Of a stretch of DNA of 64,000 nt, positions 19,459-29,700 are shown piece after piece (the first letter of the stretch is position 1; every line of letters begins with the position of its first letter). The notes below the pieces were generated by a model that worked only from the letters and a program-made list of their open reading frames with translations, searched no databases and was not told the origin of the DNA. Source of the stretch: an uncultured archaeon (GTDB lineage: Archaea; Asgardarchaeota; Lokiarchaeia; Sigyniarchaeales; SOKP01); the NCBI GenBank assembly GCA_964508365.1, contig CAZDTP010000011.1, positions 1-64,000 on the forward strand. Direction: 5' to 3'. Both the position numbers and the translations under genes were made by a program.

Positions 19459-20178
19459 TCAAATTTGGAGCTTCTTAACTGTGCCATCTTTTTGACCAAT
19501 ATAAGCCGTTTGAGCCAATCCTAAAAATAAGCCAGAATCCACAATACCAGGTATTTGCAAAATCTTTAAATTTAAATCTAAAGGATTTTTAATTAGACCG
19601 AAATCAACGTCTATAATAAAATTCCCATTATCACTTACAACTGGTCCTGATTTTGCTTGAGCCATCCTTAAAACGGGGGTACCCCCTAATTTTTCTAATT
19701 TCTTCATAATAGGAATGTGTGCTAAAGGAATTATCTCAATTGGTACTCCTTTTCTCCAGTTTTCTCCCAGATATTCCGATTTTTTAGTATAATCTGCAAT
19801 AATAACTAACTTCTTTGAAGACGACGCTATAATTTTCTCTTGGACTAAACATCCTCCACCACCCTTAATTAAATTTAGAGACTTGTCAATTTCATCTGCT
19901 CCATCAATATCCAGATCAATCTCAGGATATTGGTCTAGCGAAACTAGGGTAAGTCCGTTTTCCACTATTAACTGGTGAGATTGAAAAGAGGTGGGAATGC
20001 ATTTTAGATTTAAAATGTTATTTTGATTGATCTCCGCGATTTTTTTCACGGCATATACAACAGTAGAACCACTTCCGATTCCTAAGATCATGTTTTTTTT
20101 AACATTTTCTTCAACTGCCCTAAAAGCAGCGTTCTTCTTTCCGAGTTCAATTAAGTTTTCATCCACAATTTCCACCAT
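19459..20178 (-). CDS. rpiA: Ribose-5-phosphate isomerase A
   Basis: GIGSGST, DGADE, KGGGG, QEKI and SDNGN motifs. Confidence 0.95.
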   Translation of the reverse strand: MVEIVDENLIELGKKNAAFRAVEENVKKNMILGIGSGSTVVYAVKKIAEINQNNILNLKCIPTSFQSHQLIVENGLTLVSLDQYPEIDLDIDGADEIDKSLNLIKGGGGCLVQEKIIASSSKKLVIIADYTKKSEYLGENWRKGVPIEIIPLAHIPIMKKLEKLGGTPVLRMAQAKSGPVVSDNGNFIIDVDFGLIKNPLDLNLKILQIPGIVDSGLFLGLAQTAYIGQKDGTVKKLQI

Positions 20179-20182
20179 AGTA

Positions 20183-20581
20183 TTATTTCTTGGACAAATT
20201 GAGAATTCTTATTGCTAAATATGCTGCGTTTTCACCTCTATCTATTCCTACACAAGCTACAGGGATTTTAGGAGGCATTTGCACAATTGATAAAAGCGCA
20301 TCTAAACCCCCTAATTTAGTGCTAACAGGTACTCCAATAACAGGTTTTTCTGTTTTAGAAGCTACTATGCCAGGTAAAGCTGCTGACAATCCAGCGACAG
20401 TAATAAATAGTAAGGATTGGCAACTTTTTAAATAATCGTCTAGTTTGTCTGGATCCCGGTGTGCAGAAATGATTTTAAGTTCATATGGGATGTTATTTTC
20501 CTTCAATACATTTTCTGCTTTTTCGTAAACATCTTTGTCTGATTCAGATCCAGCAATGATTGATACAATCGTGTCTGCCAT
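20183..20581 (-). CDS. purE: AIR carboxylase / N5-CAIR mutase
   Basis: [26 protein letters not shown] and SIVQMPP motifs. Confidence 0.93.
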   Translation of the reverse strand: MADTIVSIIAGSESDKDVYEKAENVLKENNIPYELKIISAHRDPDKLDDYLKSCQSLLFITVAGLSAALPGIVASKTEKPVIGVPVSTKLGGLDALLSIVQMPPKIPVACVGIDRGENAAYLAIRILNLSKK

Positions 20582-20791
20582 ATTTTAACTAAATGTTCCA
20601 AAAATAAAAATGATACTAATTAAATCTTAATTATTTTTAGTTAAATTATCAAAATGAGTAATTGATTGTTTTAAGTCCCTAGCCTTATTATCAAAAACTT
20701 TAATACATTTTTGAACATTCATAACTTAATATCAAAATTTTTTTGAAAACTTCGTTTTAAAATTATTATAAAATAAGAGGGATATACAAGT

Positions 20792-22069
20792 ATGAAAGAA
20801 GTATGGTTAATTGATTACGCCCGAACAGGTTTTTCTCGGTCTAGACCAAAACAGCCCGAGAGAGATGTTTTTGGTGAGATTAGAAGTGATGAACTATTAG
20901 CTACATTGTTGATGAAGTTTTTTGATCAAAAATTAGCAGATAAAGGCATCGAGAAAAAGGATATTGATGAGTTTACAGTAGGAACTGCTATGGGAGTTTA
21001 TGAAAATTGGACTTATGGGGGTAGACTTCCGTTATTTTTAGCAGAATTTCCTGTTTCAGTACCTGCTATGTTTGTAGATCGGCAATGCGGCTCTGCTGGG
21101 AGTGGAATGCATGTTGGGATTATGGAAATCATGACAGGATATAGTAAAATCTGTTTAGCAGGAGGAGTTGAACATATGACGCGCGTTGATATGCAAAATA
21201 CTCATGTCAACCCAAACTTAGGCATGGTGAATAAGAAGAGCAAATGGTATCGACCCCAATATGATCTCATGACAACTATTAATATGCTACAAACGGCTCA
21301 GAAATTATACGAACAAGAAATTCCCAATTTCACGAAAGAAGATATGGATAAATTTGGAGTAAGAGCCCACAACTTGACTGTCGATAATCAAGAAGCTGGT
21401 TGGTTTAAAGGCGAAATTATCGGCATTGAAGGCCATGTAGAAGGTAATATCGAAGAACCTATGATGGTAGAGAAGGATTTAGCTGCGAGAAAATCAACCC
21501 TTGAAAGCGTTGCTGGTTTGAGAAGACTATCAAAACCGTTTTACTTGGAAAAAAATGGAGGCAGAGCAGGCTATAAAGAAAGAGAGGGAACTCCTGAAGG
21601 TGTTATTACCGCTGGAAATTCTTCCCCATTAAACGCAGGTGCTACTGCTTGTATTATGATGGAAGCTGAGGAAGCAAAAAAGCGAGGATTGGAACCTATG
21701 GCAAGAATAGTTTCACTTGGCTGGGCTGGTGTTGACCCTAGTGTTATGGGTCGTGGTCCAGTGCCAGCAACTGAAATGGCTCTAAAACACGCAGGATTAA
21801 CTGCTGATGACATAGATTATTGGGAAATTAATGAAGCATTTTGCATAGTTGCTTTAAATTGTATGAAACATTTTAACATCGCTGAAGAAAAGGTAAATGT
21901 TATGGGAGGATCAACTGCAATTGGGCATCCATTAGGTGCTACCATGATAAGATTACCTGGTACATTAGCTCGGATATTGAAAGATAAAAAAGCAAAATAT
22001 GGGATTGCTAATGCCTGTTGTGGTGGCGGGCAAGGAGTCGCAACATTAATCGAAAATATTGATGCCTAA
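20792..22069 (+). CDS. Thiolase (acetyl-CoA C-acyltransferase)
   Basis: DRQCGS (catalytic Cys), EINEAF, GHPLGAT and CCGGGQG motifs. Confidence 0.93.
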   Translation: MKEVWLIDYARTGFSRSRPKQPERDVFGEIRSDELLATLLMKFFDQKLADKGIEKKDIDEFTVGTAMGVYENWTYGGRLPLFLAEFPVSVPAMFVDRQCGSAGSGMHVGIMEIMTGYSKICLAGGVEHMTRVDMQNTHVNPNLGMVNKKSKWYRPQYDLMTTINMLQTAQKLYEQEIPNFTKEDMDKFGVRAHNLTVDNQEAGWFKGEIIGIEGHVEGNIEEPMMVEKDLAARKSTLESVAGLRRLSKPFYLEKNGGRAGYKEREGTPEGVITAGNSSPLNAGATACIMMEAEEAKKRGLEPMARIVSLGWAGVDPSVMGRGPVPATEMALKHAGLTADDIDYWEINEAFCIVALNCMKHFNIAEEKVNVMGGSTAIGHPLGATMIRLPGTLARILKDKKAKYGIANACCGGGQGVATLIENIDA

Positions 22070-22089
22070 TCGAATATTTCGGCATAAAA

Positions 22090-22127
22090 CTTCTTTTTCT
22101 ATTTTTTTTTTTTTCATTTATTTTTTT
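22090..22127 (+). terminator. Oligo-T tract (archaeal-type terminator) after thiolase
   Basis: Long T runs start about 20 nt after the thiolase stop codon. Confidence 0.45.
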
Positions 22128-22229
22128 AAGATTTATTCTAGAAATATTTAAATAATAACCAAAAACAATTAGTCTTACTATAATATCTACAATAAAATTA
22201 ATACCATAATAACTAGAAGGTGAAATAAA

Positions 22230-22436
22230 ATTACTGTATATAAAAGCATTCAGTTAGTAGCTACAAGCGATAAAAATTGGTCCGACGCTGTGCGTGTTGC
22301 TTTCGATGAGGCTAAAAAATCGCTTCGTGGTATCAGAAATATTCAAATTATCGAATCTGATGTGAAAGTTAAAGAAGATCAAGATAAATTAATTTATCGA
22401 GTTCGAGTACAAGTTAACTTTCAGATCGAGCGATAA
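22230..22436 (+). CDS. Dodecin-family flavin-binding protein (apparent ATT start; absent from the ORF track)
   Basis: Translates as (M)TVYKSIQLVATSDKNWSDAVRVAFDEAKKSLRGIRNIQIIESDVKVKEDQDKLIYRVRVQVNFQIER. This matches the dodecin pattern VYKxIxLVxTS...W..A. No in-frame ATG, GTG or TTG follows the upstream TGA. Confidence 0.85.
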   Translation: MTVYKSIQLVATSDKNWSDAVRVAFDEAKKSLRGIRNIQIIESDVKVKEDQDKLIYRVRVQVNFQIER

Positions 22437-22585
22437 AAAGAGTTTAGAAATATTTTTTTTTATTTTTTTTTATTACCTTAAAATTTCAAAACCTATTAAA
22501 TTTAAAAAATAATTTTAAAAAGAGTAATCGTTATGATTTTCATAGAATGAAATTTTGAAATCACAAAATAATATCAAATAATATT

Positions 22586-22693
22586 ATGGAAGGACTTCTA
22601 GAAACCTTTGGTGGTTACATAATTGCTGGTGTTATAACTTTAGTAGTTCTTATAGCTTGTTGTGTTATAAATAATAGACTATTGAAGAAATAG
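22586..22693 (+). CDS. Small single-pass membrane protein (35 aa; absent from the ORF track)
   Basis: MEGLLETFGGYIIAGVITLVVLIACCVINNRLLKK has one TM helix, a Cys pair and a basic C-terminus. Confidence 0.5.
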   Translation: MEGLLETFGGYIIAGVITLVVLIACCVINNRLLKK

Positions 22694-22727
22694 CATCATA
22701 TTTTATAATGGGATTTAGGTTATTAAG

Positions 22728-23474
22728 TTAAATTCCTATTTGGTTTAAATTTAAATATTCTAATAATTCGTCTAAGTATTCTTTATTAATAATAATGTAG
22801 TCTCCGTCAATTTTACAATTAAACTTTTCTCCCCATTTAATCAAAAGTTCAATAAGAGTCTCCTTACTTATTTTTAAAATTTCTTGGATCATATCTATTC
22901 GAATTCGTTTAGAAACTTTAAGTAAAGAGATCAATTGTTTAACAGCACCTTTTTCTTTTCTAGCTTTATTATCTTTATTAGTTTCGTTATCTAAATTTTT
23001 CCTTACTGAATTAAGGGCATGCAATGCATATATGTAATTAGGATCAATTTCTAAAGCTTTTCTGTAAGCTTCAACAGCTTTTTGAAAATCTCCGGTCGAT
23101 TCGTATACTAATCCTATGTTATAATAACCGTGTTTATAATTTGGATTAAGTTTAATCGCTGTTTTATAAGCATCTAAAGCATCTTCAAACTGTTCTAAAT
23201 TATAGTAGGAAATACCAAGATTATAATACGCTTTGTAATTTGTTGGCTCAAGCACGATGATTCTTCTAAAAAATTCCATAGATTTCTCGTATTCTAAAAC
23301 AAAATCATCATTGAGGTATCCTCCGTATGAAAATAAAGCCCTTATTAGGATTTCTTTAATTTTTTCAGAAGGATTATCAGCGTATAAAGCTTCCAAAATC
23401 TCTATAGCTTTTCTAAAATCTTCATTTTTCAATAAATCTTTGACTTCATTAAGGAGATTATCTATATCTACCAA
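22728..23474 (-). CDS. TPR-repeat protein with C-terminal PCI-like winged-helix domain
   Basis: TPR repeats (AYYNLGISYY, GYYNIGLVY, ALEIDPNY), then LKVSKRIRIDMIQEIL...KIDGDYIII. Confidence 0.8.
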   Translation of the reverse strand: MVDIDNLLNEVKDLLKNEDFRKAIEILEALYADNPSEKIKEILIRALFSYGGYLNDDFVLEYEKSMEFFRRIIVLEPTNYKAYYNLGISYYNLEQFEDALDAYKTAIKLNPNYKHGYYNIGLVYESTGDFQKAVEAYRKALEIDPNYIYALHALNSVRKNLDNETNKDNKARKEKGAVKQLISLLKVSKRIRIDMIQEILKISKETLIELLIKWGEKFNCKIDGDYIIINKEYLDELLEYLNLNQIGI

Positions 23475-23484
23475 AATTTTTCAC

Positions 23485-23940
23485 TTAAATATCATTTTCA
23501 TACCAATAATTTTTAGATTTTTTTGCACCTAATTTCATAACTAAGTTTCTTAGAGCGCTATCTGAATCTTGGCAAAGCAAAAATACTTTATCTAAATTAA
23601 GAGTCTTTTTAACATACAATTTCAATTCTCGAATTATTTGTTCCTCAATACCCTTTCTATAAGAATCTTCTTTTTTAGTTAGAACTTGGTGGATAAGAGC
23701 TCGTTTATTACCTAAATAATCTTTAATCAAGGTGTAGGTCCCCCAACCGACAATTTCTCCTTCTTCTTTAGCAACTACCATAGAATTTCGATACTGAAGG
23801 TCCAAAACTCTTTTATTTATTTCCCTTTCAAATTCTTGCCAAGTTGATATGAAATATGATTTATTTTCAATAAAATCTTCAAAAATCTCTTTAAGTGCGT
23901 CTCTATCTAATCGGGGGTCGTATCTATCAGTTACAATCAT
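23485..23940 (-). CDS. GNAT-family acetyltransferase
   Basis: VVAKEEGEIVGW, and YRKGIEEQII as a degenerate motif A. Confidence 0.65.
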   Translation of the reverse strand: MIVTDRYDPRLDRDALKEIFEDFIENKSYFISTWQEFEREINKRVLDLQYRNSMVVAKEEGEIVGWGTYTLIKDYLGNKRALIHQVLTKKEDSYRKGIEEQIIRELKLYVKKTLNLDKVFLLCQDSDSALRNLVMKLGAKKSKNYWYENDI

Positions 23941-24090
23941 ATTTTCTCACTTAATAATAATTTAAATAGTTGAATCTTCAATTGATAATTCTGTTAATGA
24001 TTAATGGTTTTATAATATTTTTTCTTATCAGTTTTAATTATTCTTTAATAAAAACTCTTTTTTATATTCTGAAATATAAGATGTATTAAG

Positions 24091-24600
24091 ATGAAAAAGG
24101 ATACAGAGGAATTAACTATCCCTTTCAAGAAAGTTAATAAAGAAACAATCATCCCTAAACCTTCAAAGAAAGGAGATGCTGGTGCTGATGCCCATATAAT
24201 GGGTTTTAAGAAAATTATTAATGAAAACGGTAAAAAAGAATTAATAGAAATTAATTCTGACACTTATACCCTAAAACCATTAGAGCGAATCGGCTGCCCC
24301 TTAGGTTTTGCAACAGCTATCCCAAAAGGATATTACTTTAAGGTCGTTCCTCGTAGTGGCTTAGGTTTGTGGGAAGGTTTATCTATAGTAAATTCTCCCG
24401 GCACGATTGATACTGGGTATAGAAATGAATGGATGGCGGTCGTTGTAAACCTTTCAAATATAGATATAACTTTAAGAAGAGGAGAAAGGATATGTCAGAT
24501 AATTCTAGGCAAAATCCATCATTACAAATTTAAAGAAACTGATGAATTACCAGAATCCGAGCGAGGATTAGCAGGTTTCGGCAGTACTGGTAAAAAATGA
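24091..24600 (+). CDS. dut: Trimeric dUTPase
   Basis: AGAD, PRSGL, GTIDTGYR, GERICQ and RGLAGFGSTG motifs. Confidence 0.95.
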   Translation: MKKDTEELTIPFKKVNKETIIPKPSKKGDAGADAHIMGFKKIINENGKKELIEINSDTYTLKPLERIGCPLGFATAIPKGYYFKVVPRSGLGLWEGLSIVNSPGTIDTGYRNEWMAVVVNLSNIDITLRRGERICQIILGKIHHYKFKETDELPESERGLAGFGSTGKK

Positions 24601-24641
24601 AATGGATTAAATATTAATCTCAAAATTTTAACTTCATTATT

Positions 24642-24854
24642 ATGTCAGAACTATCAATAGAAGAAGTTTTTATTATCAAAAAGTTAGAAGAAAATAGCGG
24701 AAAATTGATTTATAAAGAATTACAAACGCTCTGCCAAGAGGAATTTGAGGGTGTTAGGTTAATCTTGAAAAAATTAAAGGAAAAACAGATTGTAAGTTAT
24801 GAGGGAGTAATCCCAGGGTATTCCGCGGAAATTATACTTAAAGAAATCTCTTAG
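24642..24854 (+). CDS. Small winged-helix-like protein
   Basis: 70 aa with a helix-turn-helix/wing-like pattern (LIYKELQ...LILKKLKEKQIV). Confidence 0.55.
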   Translation: MSELSIEEVFIIKKLEENSGKLIYKELQTLCQEEFEGVRLILKKLKEKQIVSYEGVIPGYSAEIILKEIS

Positions 24855-24998
24855 GTTTAAAAGTATATTGATTTGAACTTCCCTCGAATTTTTTTATATG
24901 ATATATTGACATTAGTTTTAAATAAAATCTATATTTTAAGATTAATTACTAAAATTAATTGGTTATATTGAATAAAACCCAAACATTTTTGTCTAATT

Positions 24999-26510
24999 TT
25001 GATTGAAAATAAAAATATTGAGCTATTTAAAGATCATTTTCTCCATTCCTTCTTAAACCCGAGAAGTATAGCAGTATTTGGGGCAAATAATGACTTACTT
25101 AATACGATGGGTTCGATGCAGCTTCGAAATATCATTGCAGGAGAGGGGGTTGATGATATTTATCCAGTTCATCCACGATTAGATAAAATTCAGGGCTTTA
25201 AAGCTTATCAATCAGTATTAGAGCTTCCTGTTACACCTGATCTTGCATTTCTTATATTACCTACAAGAATAGTTCCTCAGGTTATGGAAGAATGTGGAGA
25301 AAAAGGAATAAAAAACCTTTTAATAACTTCTGGTGGATTTAGAGAAATTGGAAAAGATGGTGTTCAGTTATCACAAGAAATTGATAAAATTGCTAAAAAA
25401 TACAAGATGAGGTTTATTGGTCCAAATTGTTTGGGAATATATAACGCTTGGTATAGGTTTCCTGAAAAAGAAGATGCATACTTAAACACTTTTTGGCCTT
25501 ACGCTGTTCCAAAAAAAGGGAATATTTCTATTATAAGCCAATCCGGAACAGTAGCAGCTCAAACTTTTTGGCACGCAAAAGAGATGGGCGTAAACATTAG
25601 TAAATCTCTTTCTGTTGGAAATGAAAGAAATATTGACATGGTAGATTTCTTAGAATATTTTAAAAACGATCCTCACACTGGCGTCATCGGGCTTTACATA
25701 GAAGAAATTAAGCGGGGTAAAGAATTTATTCAATTAATAAAGGAAATAACCCCAAATAAGCCTGTTGTGGCTATATACACGGGAGGAACTAAAGCAGCAA
25801 ATAGATCTATTAAAAGCCACACTGGTTCTTTAGGGGGGGATCAAAAGATTTATGACGCAGTTTTTAAAGAAGTAGGTATAATTCCAACAAATTCCATTAC
25901 GGATTTCTTATATTATTTGAGGACATTGTCTTTCGCTCAAAAATACAATATATTTATGAAAGGAAATAGAGTAGGGATTATTACTGATTCTGGTGGAAGT
26001 GGCTCAATGATGACAAAATCTTCAGAGTTATATGGGTTAGTGGTTCCAGAATTTTCTAAACAACTAAAGGACGAGCTTACGGAGTTAATACCGTTTACTG
26101 CCAGTGCTAGGAATCCTATCGATGTTACTTTCGATGTTAACTTCCTAAATATTTTCTATAAATTTCCAAAAATGCTTATGAAATCGGGAGAAGTAGATTG
26201 CATTATTGCCTGGGGTGTGTTCGATTTCGATGATATTATAAAGACTATTGAACAATCGGGAATGAAAGTCGATGAAAATCTAAAAAATATGGATACAATG
26301 CTTGATCGAACTATTTTACGACCTATTAGAAAACTAATGAAAAAATTTTCTATCCCTGTTTATTTTTGTGGACCTTTTCCATATAGATTTCCATGGTTTC
26401 AAAAATTTATATCGTACGATCTACCTATTTTTGACTTTTGGGATGCTCCGCCTAAATGTTTGAAGATTTTATATGAATATTCCCAGTATCGCAGAGATCA
26501 TTCCTTATAG
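24999..26510 (+). CDS. NDP-forming acyl-CoA synthetase, alpha subunit family
   Basis: LNPRSIAVFGA, FIGPNCLG, SQSGT, SVGNE, SHTGSLGG and NPIDVT motifs. Confidence 0.9.
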   Translation: MIENKNIELFKDHFLHSFLNPRSIAVFGANNDLLNTMGSMQLRNIIAGEGVDDIYPVHPRLDKIQGFKAYQSVLELPVTPDLAFLILPTRIVPQVMEECGEKGIKNLLITSGGFREIGKDGVQLSQEIDKIAKKYKMRFIGPNCLGIYNAWYRFPEKEDAYLNTFWPYAVPKKGNISIISQSGTVAAQTFWHAKEMGVNISKSLSVGNERNIDMVDFLEYFKNDPHTGVIGLYIEEIKRGKEFIQLIKEITPNKPVVAIYTGGTKAANRSIKSHTGSLGGDQKIYDAVFKEVGIIPTNSITDFLYYLRTLSFAQKYNIFMKGNRVGIITDSGGSGSMMTKSSELYGLVVPEFSKQLKDELTELIPFTASARNPIDVTFDVNFLNIFYKFPKMLMKSGEVDCIIAWGVFDFDDIIKTIEQSGMKVDENLKNMDTMLDRTILRPIRKLMKKFSIPVYFCGPFPYRFPWFQKFISYDLPIFDFWDAPPKCLKILYEYSQYRRDHSL

Positions 26511-26721
26511 GTTGTTCAAAATCTGAAGTTTTTATCAAATAAACTACATCGCTTTTATTTTATGTAAGAGAATGGGTTTCTATTTCTCGGTCTAAAATTC
26601 GATCTAAGATAACTGAACGCACATCGAGAATAAAGAGAATATTAAATAGTATAGGATTTATTATTTTAATAATTTATAAATTAGATTTCATGTTCAATTA
26701 GGAATAAAATAGTTAAGTAAT

Positions 26722-29700
26722 TTGACACACCCCAATAGTAGAATAACCGAGTCTATATCTCATCAAGACAATTATAAATTGCTCTTTGATAAAATTCCAA
26801 TTTCAATTGTATTAATTGACTCCAATGGTCAAGTGGTTGATATCAACTATGCTACGGAAAATATTTTTGGTTTCGAAAGAAAGGAATTAATTGGTTTTGA
26901 GTTTTCAGAATTGTTTATGCTTCCCGCAGCAGACAAGGTACCAATGAATAAGGTATTTGATCAATTACTAAAAGGTGGTATCTTTGGTCCAGAAGATATT
27001 CAGATATATGACAAACATAAAAATCTCATCTGGGTTAATGTTATTGCCTCTAAAATTGAGATCGAAAAAAAGAGTTATATTCAAGTTTTAACCCAGGATA
27101 TCAGTCAGCGTAAAATTTTAGAACAAGAAGTTAACGAATCAGAGAAAAGATTTCGTGTTTTGTACGAGTCGTCTCCAATTTCTCTCACAGTAACCAACAG
27201 TAAGGGGATAATTCTTAATATTAATTCAGCTACAGAAAAAATTTTCGGATACACCAAACGAGAAGCGATTGGTAAAAAATATACCGATTTAGGAATTTAT
27301 TCTCCGGAGCAAATTGAGATTTTTAAAAATAATTTTAAAGAAGCTTTAGCCGGAAAGAAGATAAAACCACAAGATATTAAGATTAAGAGAAAAGATGGAA
27401 CTTTCGCTTGGATTAACCTTCAAAATTCACTAAAAAAAATTAACGATGAGGTTTTAATAGAAGGTATAGCTCAAGATATAACAGATAGGAAAAATGCTGA
27501 AAAAAAGTTAAGAGAATCAGAAGAGAAATACAGAAATCTAGCAGATTCTTTACCAGAAGTAATTTTTGAGCTCGATTTAAGTTTTATTATAACATATACC
27601 AATTCGATTGCATCCAAAATATTTGGATATACAAGTGAAGAATTTAAGAAGGGTATGATCATATTTGATTTCATACCACCTGAGGATAAAGAATTAATTC
27701 TGAAGCAGACGAAACAAATATTTCGAGGTGAATACATAAAACCTTTACAAACTTGGTTAAAGAGAAAAGATGGAACATTATTTTTCGCATATATTCATGC
27801 AAGTCGGATTTTCAAGGAGAATTCAGTCTCTGGAATGAGATGTATTATACATGATATTACAGAATTGAAAAATTCACAAGAAAAGATTAAGGAATCGGAA
27901 GAAAAGTATAGATTATTATCAGAAAATGCACAAGATTTAATAACAGTCATAGACAATCATTTAAAAATAGATTATATCAATGCGAAAGCTCATAAAAGAT
28001 TGATGGGATATTCTTCAGAGGATCTTATTGGTAAAAAAGCATTAGATTTAATCCATCCAGAAGATCGAGAATTAGTCATTAAAGCATTGAATGAAAGATA
28101 TAGTTCAATAGAAGCAAGGATTAGAAAAAAAAACGGGGGATATGTCTGGATGGATACATCTGCTGAGTACTATAAAAATCAAGAAGGTAAAAACTATTTT
28201 CTCACAATTTCAAGAGATATAAGCGAAAGAAAGGAAGCTGCTCAAAAATTAATTGAATCTAAAAAGAAATATAAAGAATTAGCTAACTCATTGCCAGAAG
28301 TTATCTTTGATATTGATTTAAATTTTAAACTAGTCTATACAAACGCGATCGCTTCAAAAGTTTTCGGATATTCTCATGAAGACTTTAAAAAAGGATTAAA
28401 TGCGTTTCATTTCATTCTGGAAGAAGATAGAGATGAAGTTATAAGTAATCTTAGCCTAATTTTTAGGGGTAAAACTATCGATCCTTTAATTATGCAATTA
28501 AGAAAAAAAGACGGAACAATTTTTTATGGAAGTATAAATGCTACTCCTATTCATGAAGGTACTAAGATTATTGGTATGAGGAGTATTATTCACGATGTTA
28601 CTGAAATGGTAAAAGCTGAAGAAAGAATAAAAGAATCTGAAGAGCAGTTCCGAACAATTTCAGAGCAATCTTTAATGGGAATTTCTATAATCCAAGAAGA
28701 AAGAATTAAGTATGTGAATAAAACGCTCGCTCACTTACTTGGATATTCAGTCGAAGAAATGGTGAATTGGGGTCAGGGAGAGTTTTTTAAAACGATTCAT
28801 CCCGAGGATAAGAGAAAAATTATTGAGCTCGCTACAAAAATTGAAAATCAGGATAATGCTAATCTTCAATATTATGAAGCTCGTGGGATTCATAGAAATG
28901 GGAGCACTATATGGTTAGAAATTTACAACAAGCATATAAAGTTCCAGAATAAACCTGCATTCTTAGTATCATACATAGATGTAACAGAAAAGAAGAAGGC
29001 TAAGGAGGAATTACGACAATCAGAAGAGAAATATAGATTCCTTTTTGAGAAATCACCAGTTTCGATTCTACTTATGGACACGAAGGGTAAAATAGAGGAT
29101 TGCAATCCAGCTTTAGAAAAATTAATTAAATACAAGAAGAGTGAACTTATTGGTAATAAATTCGGTAGCCTTTCATTTATTCTTCCAAAATATTTACCCC
29201 ATTTGTTTAAAAGACTTAAGCAAATTTCAGATGGAGAAACTATACCCTCTATAGAGATTCAATTAGTTAAAAAAGATGGGAGCCTAGTATGGGTAAATTA
29301 TGAATCCTCTTTAGTGAAAGTGGGCGATAAAACCTACATTATGGTTATGGGTCATGACATATCAGACACAAAAGAAATAGAGATAAAATTAAAGGAATTA
29401 AATGAAATGAGAAAGGAATTTATTGATAGAGCTTCTCACGAATTAAAGACTCCCATAACTACGGTATATGGTGCGTATCAGTTGTTAGACTTGTTACATA
29501 AAGATAAGTTCAATCCAGAACAGCTTGAGCTTCTAGAAATGGCGTCCATTGGAACTAAAAGAATAAAAAAATTAGTTGACGATCTACTTGATGTGTCTCA
29601 ATTGGAATCTAAAAGTTTTAAAGTAAATAAGAGCAGAGCTAACTTAAGCAATATTATTATAAATTGCATCAAAGAAATGAAATATTTTAGCAATAAACGG

